The notes under the pieces were generated by a model. That model worked only from the letters and a program-made list of their open reading frames with translations. It was not told where the DNA came from and made no database searches. Shown here in pieces: positions 17,450 to 23,709 of a stretch of 23,709 nt of DNA (positions within the stretch are counted from its first letter, which is position 1; every line of letters starts with the position of its first letter). A program made the translations under genes and the position numbers. The DNA lies in the NCBI GenBank assembly GCA_004524535.1, contig SDNY01000050.1, forward strand, positions 1-23,709, written 5' to 3'. This DNA comes from Promethearchaeota archaeon (GTDB taxonomy: Archaea; Asgardarchaeota; Lokiarchaeia; Sigyniarchaeales; SOKP01).

Positions 17450-18202
17450 TTATTCTCCTCTCATAATTTTCTTAAGTCTAGTTAGCTCTTCAAGCATTTC
17501 ATCTCTAAGTGAACCTAGTCCACCGCCTGGCGTTGCTGCTTTCGCTGGAGCTGCAGGGCTACCAGCTAAGGGAGGTGGAGCTCTTTTAGCAAAAGACCCA
17601 CTTGCAGTAGGAGCTGTTGGAGGGGCTGTTCCTGATCCTGGTGCCGGAGGAAGTTTCGGAGCAGGAGGCAATTTACTACCACCTGGAGCCTTTGGAGGAC
17701 CACCGCCACCTGGAGCCTTTGGGGGACCACCACCACCCGGAACTTTTGGAGGACCACCGCCACCTGGAGCCTTTGGAGGACCACCACCACTCGAAACTTT
17801 TGGAGGACCACCACCACCCGGAACTTTTGGAGGACCATCACCACCCGGAACTTTTGGAGGACCACCACCACCCGGAACTTTTGGAGGACCGCCTGATAAG
17901 GCAGCAGTGGCTGGAGTTCGTGGAGCACCGCCTCCTGAAGCTCCACTTAATAAATTAATTAACGTACTAGCAGCCGCTGTTTTTGCTGTCCCTGCATCTG
18001 CAATAACTTGCGTAGAGGATGTACTGACTGTTTGAACTTCGCTTTCTACGGTTACTTCTGTCATATCCTTTTGAGCCTTTGATAAGGAGTCTAAAAATTC
18101 ATTGATACCTTTAACCGTTCCTTCTAATTCGTCGGCTAATCCAGATAATCCTTTTTTAAGAAATGCAATAACTCTGGAAACTTTCTTCTTATCCGAAACC
18201 AC
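17450..18202 (-). CDS. proline/glycine-rich repeat protein with C-terminal WH2-like or Ena/VASP-like helix; candidate actin regulator
   Basis: GTG start with upstream AGAGGA; N-terminal amphipathic helix, S/T/A linker, 8 x GGPPK(V/A)PGG, 2 x KLPPAP, C-terminus GGGLGSLRDEMLEELTRLKKIMRGE. The CDS is confident; the function is inferred. Confidence 0.75.
   Translation of the reverse strand: MVSDKKKVSRVIAFLKKGLSGLADELEGTVKGINEFLDSLSKAQKDMTEVTVESEVQTVSTSSTQVIADAGTAKTAAASTLINLLSGASGGGAPRTPATAALSGGPPKVPGGGGPPKVPGGDGPPKVPGGGGPPKVSSGGGPPKAPGGGGPPKVPGGGGPPKAPGGGGPPKAPGGSKLPPAPKLPPAPGSGTAPPTAPTASGSFAKRAPPPLAGSPAAPAKAATPGGGLGSLRDEMLEELTRLKKIMRGE
17678..17893 (-). repeat. in-frame tandem repeat, 8 x 27 bp
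   Basis: Units such as accacctggagcctttggaggaccacc on the + strand, encoding GGPPK(V/A)PGG; GC-rich within an AT-rich window. Confidence 0.95.
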
Positions 18203-18493
18203 TGTCCAATCAATTCCTCTAATGTTATTAAAATTTTATTTTTAAAATATAGATTAGTTCAAATACTAATATATTTTATTAATATCTTTATTTTATTATA
18301 TTAACAAAAATATTTATATATATTTTTAATTCAAAATTTTTAATTTAAACTTTCTTAAATCGGAAAAAAAAAGATTAAAAAGATTAAAAAGAATATATAT
18401 TTATATTTCATATATTCTTAAAAAATCGATTATTAATAATTTATCAAAATTGTATAATCGCTAAAATTTACATTTAATTGGTGTTTAAAACTT

Positions 18494-18760
18494 ATGGCAA
18501 AGAAAGAGCTGTTTATAAAACGCGTCTATGAAATAGTTAACGAGTTAAAGATTCCTTTAATTGACGAGAGAGTATACGATAAAGTTGCATTTAATCCGGG
18601 GGCATCAATCGCTAATGTTTCCTTCCAATTTGAGGAAGATGAGAGTGTGATCCGTGGATTCCTCGGTTTGGCTGAATATTTCCACACTGTTGTAATCAAG
18701 CGAAAAGATGAGTTCTATATACCCCATTCATCACTATTGTTTAAATTGGTAAGCTCGTAA
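18494..18760 (+). CDS. hypothetical protein (88 aa)
   Basis: Clean ORF, more GC-rich than its flanks, GGTG SD-like element upstream, followed by a long T tract. Confidence 0.8.
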   Translation: MAKKELFIKRVYEIVNELKIPLIDERVYDKVAFNPGASIANVSFQFEEDESVIRGFLGLAEYFHTVVIKRKDEFYIPHSSLLFKLVSS

Positions 18761-18763
18761 ATA

Positions 18764-18790
18764 TTTTTTTTTTTACTTTTCTTTATTTTA
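18764..18790 (+). terminator. archaeal oligo-T terminator candidate
   Basis: Long T runs directly after the stop at 18760. Confidence 0.5.
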
Positions 18791-18841
18791 ATTGTTTTAA
18801 TAAACGCTTTTTATTGAAATCTTTATAATTGTTTAAGACGT

Positions 18842-19630
18842 GTGAAATTTATGTATGATTGGAATTTAAGACTTTCAAATAGAAAAGATGTATGGATTAT
18901 TGGGTTCTGCTGGGTAATGACGATACTATTTACTATTGCTAATTATTATGTCTATGCTACTGCATCTTCATATGATTTATACCATAAAGACACAACTGCA
19001 TCAATCGAAGCGCTACTAGGATTCTTATATTTAGGTGCCGTAGCTATGATTGTAACTATTTTATTGCTTGTAGATCGTTTGTTAGCAAGTAAACAAGCTA
19101 AATCACAAGAATTGTCCTCTGATTTTACTCTGCCCAGTTTCGATTTTAAAAGAAGAAATCTAATAAGAATTATCTTAATAGGCATAGTTACCTTTCTTTC
19201 ATTACCATGGATATTAGCTTTAATTGGAATTTATATTTCTGATGTTCCTGGTTTAAATTTAATTTTTCTTGGTGCACAACCATATCATGGTCTTCCATCC
19301 GTGCATTTAGGACGTCATCATGGAACTAACGCCTATATTTTTGGAGTTTATGCCATTGTCTTTTCAATGACTCTTGATAGCGAATATTATTTGAAAAATC
19401 TCTATGCTCGCTCAATAATGGCAGGCGGTATCGTATTTTTAAGTTTATATGCATTTATCGCAGGTGTCGAAGATGGGATGAATGAACAACTAATAAAACG
19501 AGGAATAGATATAGTAATATATCCTTACATACAATATGCTTATGGCTCTACGTTAGTATGGGTAATAGTAGCGATATCATCATTGATGTTCATGATAATA
19601 TGGTATAAGATGGCATTACGTAAACAATAA
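18842..19630 (+). CDS. integral membrane protein of unknown function
   Basis: About 6-7 hydrophobic segments and a His-rich loop PYHGLPSVHLGRHHG. The start may be ATG 18851. Confidence 0.8.
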   Translation: MKFMYDWNLRLSNRKDVWIIGFCWVMTILFTIANYYVYATASSYDLYHKDTTASIEALLGFLYLGAVAMIVTILLLVDRLLASKQAKSQELSSDFTLPSFDFKRRNLIRIILIGIVTFLSLPWILALIGIYISDVPGLNLIFLGAQPYHGLPSVHLGRHHGTNAYIFGVYAIVFSMTLDSEYYLKNLYARSIMAGGIVFLSLYAFIAGVEDGMNEQLIKRGIDIVIYPYIQYAYGSTLVWVIVAISSLMFMIIWYKMALRKQ

Positions 19631-19782
19631 TTCTCTAGTCTTATTTTTAATAATAATTAGAATTTTTTAATATTTCCACCACTTCTGATTCTGGTACATA
19701 CAGTGGTTATTGCATTTCTTTATTTTAAAGAAATTTTAGAGTAATTTAATTAAGGTTTAAGATTTTTTTTACTTGATTAATT

Positions 19783-20961
19783 TTGGACCTTAAAAGTGAA
19801 GCTTCAGAACAAGCTCCCTTTAAAAAGTATAAGAAGCTTTCTATAAAGGAATTTGGAGGTGCATTTGGAGATTGGGGCACTTTAGTCCCCTTTATAATTG
19901 GATATATAGCGATTGTAGGATTAAATCCAGCAGGTATTTTTTTCTGTTTAGGATTTACTAATCTTATATTGGGAGTAAAATTTAATCTTCCTTTACCAGT
20001 TCAACCGCAAAAAACAATAAGTACTATTGCCATATCTCAAAATTGGAGTCCAAATTTAGTGATATCAACAGGTTTCGGTACTGGTATAGTTTGGTTTATC
20101 TTAGGATTATCAAAAAAGCTTAATAATATCGTAAAAAGAGTGCCAACAATTGCAGTTCGGGGCGTCCAACTTGGATTAGCATTAATTTTAGGATGGACAG
20201 CGATTATTATGTTAAACGATAATTTAATATTAGGAATCATTTCAATCTCAATTATCGTACTTTTAATAAAAGTAAAAAAAGTCCCTTCTGCAATCATTCT
20301 TATGTTTATAGGTATATTCATATTGTTTTTCACAGGCGCTTTAACTTTTTCTGAAATTAAATTTGGATTACCTCGTTTTGAATTTCAAGTACCTACTATA
20401 GAAAATTTATTGATTGGGATGCTTATTGCTGGAATTGCACAATTATTTTTAACATTAACAAATGTTATGATCGCTACAATTAGTTTAGTTAAGGATTTGT
20501 TTCCTGAAAAAGAAGATATAATTGATGCTAATTCTTTAGCATTAAATATGGGTATCATGAACTTGATAAATCCTTTTTTAGGTGGAATGCCCATGTGTCA
20601 TGGTTCTGGAGGCTTAGCTGCTCAGTATGCGTTTGGTGCGAGAACAGGAGGTTCAATGATTTTTGAAGGAATTATAGAGATTATTCTTGGATTATTTTTT
20701 TCTCAGATGCTATACAAGTTTTTTAACCAATTCCCTAAAGCAATCTTAGGTGCAATGTTGATTTATATCGCTATATTATTAGGTAGAATTGCTTTTAAAG
20801 AGTTTAATTTGAAAACATTTCCTATTATTTTAATTTCAGCAATTATTTGTTTTGCATTTAATATCGCTCTCGGTTTTTTTATAGGCTTGATTTTGTTCTT
20901 GGTTTTTAGAAAAAAAATCGAAGAACCTCAAAAGGGAGAAGAAAATTCGGAAAACGATTAA
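19783..20961 (+). CDS. putative molybdate/sulfate transporter (MOT1 family)
   Basis: EFGGAFGDWGTLVP, PLPVQPQK and GGMPMCHGSGGLAAQYAFGARTGG signature motifs; multiple TM helices. Confidence 0.88.
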   Translation: MDLKSEASEQAPFKKYKKLSIKEFGGAFGDWGTLVPFIIGYIAIVGLNPAGIFFCLGFTNLILGVKFNLPLPVQPQKTISTIAISQNWSPNLVISTGFGTGIVWFILGLSKKLNNIVKRVPTIAVRGVQLGLALILGWTAIIMLNDNLILGIISISIIVLLIKVKKVPSAIILMFIGIFILFFTGALTFSEIKFGLPRFEFQVPTIENLLIGMLIAGIAQLFLTLTNVMIATISLVKDLFPEKEDIIDANSLALNMGIMNLINPFLGGMPMCHGSGGLAAQYAFGARTGGSMIFEGIIEIILGLFFSQMLYKFFNQFPKAILGAMLIYIAILLGRIAFKEFNLKTFPIILISAIICFAFNIALGFFIGLILFLVFRKKIEEPQKGEENSEND

Positions 20962-21067
20962 TCCAAATGGGGCTAGGAGTTCTTTTTTTAATCTCAACCA
21001 TATTAATAGAACTTTTATTTAACATAGTATTTCGAATTTTTGATTTATATTTAATTTTGTAGTTGAT

Positions 21068-21817
21068 TTATTCATCATTATCATGCTCATTCATAATGTT
21101 TTTATACATTTCTATCATAATTTGCTCTGGATTGAGATTAGGGTCGAGATCTCTAAAATCCCTTGGATCGATTTTAATAGCTTCACCATGTTTAAATGCT
21201 AAATTTATAGTTCGAATATATCTTTCATTTGAGTCAGGCTCCAATGGTTCCTCAAAATAGTCTATATTCTTTTCGAGGGCATTAATCAGATCTGCCATAT
21301 TAACAACTGTTTCTTCTTTTATAATACATTTTTCTTCAGGTTTAAGTTGGGTGATTTTAAACATCATCTCGTTATTTTCACCAAGAGAAATATTTATTAT
21401 CTCATATATAGAAACAAAAGTGTTTTTTAATTCTCTTTTTATATATTTTACAGATGTAGGATTTATAAATAGAATTACGGGATCTAAGGTTGAGGATTTC
21501 AGATTAAGTCGTGGTTCACTGCGTAAAGGAGTAAGAACGATTAATTTAGCTACTTTTACGTTCTCTTTTCGTACTTGAACACTGTCACCATAATTTACAG
21601 CTATGATTTGCCTCATTCTCTCGCTAAGCCGTATTATTCCTTTTTTTTTATCCTTGGGATAACAAGGCAGTGCAATACCAGCACTTTCATTTTTTCCTAT
21701 CAATTTTACCATATCTCCAGTTTGAAGCCCTAATTTTTCAATTTCAAATCTAAGGATATCACTCTCTTTATCTTTCTTTTTCGCTTTTTCAACAATTAAA
21801 GAAATAATATCACTCAT
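21068..21817 (-). CDS. Cdc48/VAT N-terminal-domain protein lacking AAA+ modules
   Basis: LIVEKAKKKD....LR....EKLGLQTGDMVKLIG...GIIRL...MR......GDSVQVRK..V..AK.IVL.P matches CDC48_N, followed by a CDC48_2-like subdomain; no Walker A or B. Confidence 0.8.
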   Translation of the reverse strand: MSDIISLIVEKAKKKDKESDILRFEIEKLGLQTGDMVKLIGKNESAGIALPCYPKDKKKGIIRLSERMRQIIAVNYGDSVQVRKENVKVAKLIVLTPLRSEPRLNLKSSTLDPVILFINPTSVKYIKRELKNTFVSIYEIINISLGENNEMMFKITQLKPEEKCIIKEETVVNMADLINALEKNIDYFEEPLEPDSNERYIRTINLAFKHGEAIKIDPRDFRDLDPNLNPEQIMIEMYKNIMNEHDNDE

Positions 21818-22177
21818 TTTGATCTCTTTTTATTTTGTTATTTTTTAGATATTTAATTTCATTTATGCTAAAATCTTCTAAAATTATTAAAGTAAAATAA
21901 AAATAAGAAAAACATAAATTTTTCTTAAAGCTTCATGATTTCAGATAATATTTTGATTTATTTATAATATTTATTACTTCAAATTCAGTAATCATATCAT
22001 CAATAGTGATAAAATAAGCATTAAATATATTTTATATAACATAAGAAATCAATAAAACTCTACAGTCCCTTGAAATATTTATAGAAAAGAGTTTTTCATC
22101 ATATTAAATTTATATTTTAGTGATTATATAATAATCTTTAAAAATGATAAAGTGAATATGAATAACAAAATTTTTCT

Positions 22178-23542
22178 ATGAATCCAGAACAATTTAAAGC
22201 GGTTTACAAAGGTCCATATAATGTTTACTTTAAACACGTAAAGCCACACCACAATCGTTTTATGCGTATCAAAACCATGAGTAATTTCATTAAATTAATG
22301 AATAAAATGAATTATTATGGTCTTGTATATAAGATATCATTAGTTAAAGATTCATCAGGAAAGTGTTTGTATGGTTCTAGTCCTTCTATTTTTTTTTCAG
22401 ACAAGGAGTTAAAACAAGGTTTGAATAGAGTTGGAAAAACTAAAGAATTAAAGTATCGTTTCAGAAAATATTTATGGTCAGCAATGAATAAACCTACTAA
22501 TAATTTTGAATTAACTTTAGCTTCATTTTCAATGAATAAGGAGAATATTTGCAAGTCTTTTAAAATTGAGCTTTTAGCAATTTGTAAGAATAAAAAGGAA
22601 TATGATGCAACTGAGATTTTTTGGACTCTATATCTTAATAGAGAAAACAATCAATATGGATATGATCTAGCTCAGAATTCTTTTTTTAATCCAATTATAG
22701 GTGATTTAAAAGATTTTCAGACTGTTGATTATTATCTTAGAGGTACTTTATTTAAATATAAAATTATTAAAGATTTATTAAATGGATACCAGCTAAAATC
22801 ATTAACTATGAAATACGGCACATTTAGGATGAAAGGAATAGACCGCCATGTGATTACTAGAAGACTTGATAAATACTTCTCTATAGCAGATATTTTTAAA
22901 ATTAAAGCACGTTTGGTTTATCCCTATTTAGATTACTGTCTAAAAAGTGGATTTTCAAGAGAAGAGGCAGTTGATTATTTAATTAATTCAGGTTTTGGTA
23001 TGTTTGATATCAATGTTGTTAAACACCATAATGTTATATATGGTCTCAAACCACCATCTACAATCCGGTTGAAATATAGATTACTGAATAATTTTATAGA
23101 GTACTTATATGGAGATTATCTCATTGGTAAACCACGTTCTTTTACTGGTTATAGTTTTTATGAGAAAATTCAAGAGGGGGTCTATATTCGTCCATTTGTT
23201 GATAAACTTCAGCAAGCTGGTGTCATGGATATGTATAGGACAGATATTCTTAAGCCAGATTCTCAACCACGTGGATTTTATGGGCGATTTGTTAGTTATA
23301 CAAACATTTTACCTAATAAATTTACAATCATTGAGCATCTTATTGTAAAAGATGTTTTACCTTCTAGGATTGCAGTGATTATTGGATTGTGTTCAGATCA
23401 AGACTCCACTGATGTTAGAATAAAAGCAGCAAATCAAATTAATACGTATCTCAGAAATTTGTGGAGTTACGAAATGGAGACTTCAGGTTATATTTATTCT
23501 ATGAGGAGATTTAAAAAATTTTTAAAGACTCAAATTATCTAA
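22178..23542 (+). CDS. hypothetical protein with a GIY-YIG-like nuclease domain in the N-terminal half
   Basis: YYGLVYKI...RVGKT..LKYRF..Y...FKIELLAIC....EYDATEIFW....N...YGYD resembles the GIY-YIG motif series. The C-terminal ~280 aa are unrecognised. Confidence 0.55.
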   Translation: MNPEQFKAVYKGPYNVYFKHVKPHHNRFMRIKTMSNFIKLMNKMNYYGLVYKISLVKDSSGKCLYGSSPSIFFSDKELKQGLNRVGKTKELKYRFRKYLWSAMNKPTNNFELTLASFSMNKENICKSFKIELLAICKNKKEYDATEIFWTLYLNRENNQYGYDLAQNSFFNPIIGDLKDFQTVDYYLRGTLFKYKIIKDLLNGYQLKSLTMKYGTFRMKGIDRHVITRRLDKYFSIADIFKIKARLVYPYLDYCLKSGFSREEAVDYLINSGFGMFDINVVKHHNVIYGLKPPSTIRLKYRLLNNFIEYLYGDYLIGKPRSFTGYSFYEKIQEGVYIRPFVDKLQQAGVMDMYRTDILKPDSQPRGFYGRFVSYTNILPNKFTIIEHLIVKDVLPSRIAVIIGLCSDQDSTDVRIKAANQINTYLRNLWSYEMETSGYIYSMRRFKKFLKTQII

Positions 23543-23575
23543 TAAATATTTTAAGTAACAATTTTCAAAATAGCT

Positions 23576-23709
23576 CTATTTCATATAGAACTTAGAATTT
23601 TCTATAATTTTAACTATTTCATCTTCACTGAGATCTCTCCATGCTTTATATGCGTCCGCAACAGCAAATCTCCACACATTTCTAATATTGGGACAAAAAA
23701 GCTCATCAA
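23576..23709 (-). CDS. 3' end of a putative phosphoribosyltransferase-family protein (runs off the right edge)
   Basis: Reads DELFCPNIRNVWRFAVADAYKAWRDLSEDEIVKIIENSKFYMK*, the C-terminal pattern (DE..C....FAV..AY..W.DL...E) of predicted PRTases. Confidence 0.65.
   Translation of the reverse strand, partial: DELFCPNIRNVWRFAVADAYKAWRDLSEDEIVKIIENSKFYMK

Noticed and set aside
17678-17893. CRISPR or non-coding repeat; collagen-like repeat
   Set aside because: Units abut with no spacers, are a multiple of 3 and vary at synonymous sites in the Pro/Gly frame. The pattern is not a strict Gly-X-Y triplet repeat.
17566-17958. Alternative-frame ORFs 17566-17946 (-) and His-rich 17617-17958 (+)
   Set aside because: Shadow frames of the GC-rich, stop-free 27-bp repeat.
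18203-18493. Replication origin or structured RNA in the very AT-rich spacer (includes aaaagatt repeats)
   Set aside because: No ORB-like boxes, cdc6/orc1 gene or stable GC stems; adequately explained as a divergent promoter region.
16988-23348. ORFs 16988-17206, 18952-19185, 20037-20333, 20385-20594, 21063-21260, 21351-21578, 22315-22650, 23109-23348
   Set aside because: Nested in, or almost entirely overlapping, longer genes with recognisable motifs, in antisense or alternative frames.

Overview
AT-rich archaeal DNA whose gene content points to an Asgard archaeon, most likely Lokiarchaeia (inference from a Loki-type LRR protein, a multi-PAS kinase, an actin-family gene and a stand-alone Cdc48 N-domain protein). 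Ordinary content: a 4xPAS histidine kinase, topoisomerase IA, an MFS transporter, a 2-hydroxyacyl-CoA dehydratase-type operon with its activator, and a MOT1-type molybdate/sulfate transporter. The strongest signal is at 16149-18202 (- strand). A divergent actin-related protein lies directly downstream of a 250-aa protein made of an N-terminal amphipathic helix, eight 9-aa GGPPK(V/A)PGG repeats plus KLPPAP motifs, and a C-terminal helix ending in LKKI that resembles WH2 or Ena/VASP C-terminal motifs. This is a candidate archaeal actin nucleation/elongation-factor module. The second signal is a 323-bp, about 96% identical duplication of the topA 3' end that brackets an LRR gene and a truncated LAGLIDADG-like fragment. 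Several small or broken genes missing from the ORF track were also found. No rRNA, tRNA or CRISPR array was recognised. All family calls come from visual motif recognition, not database searches.
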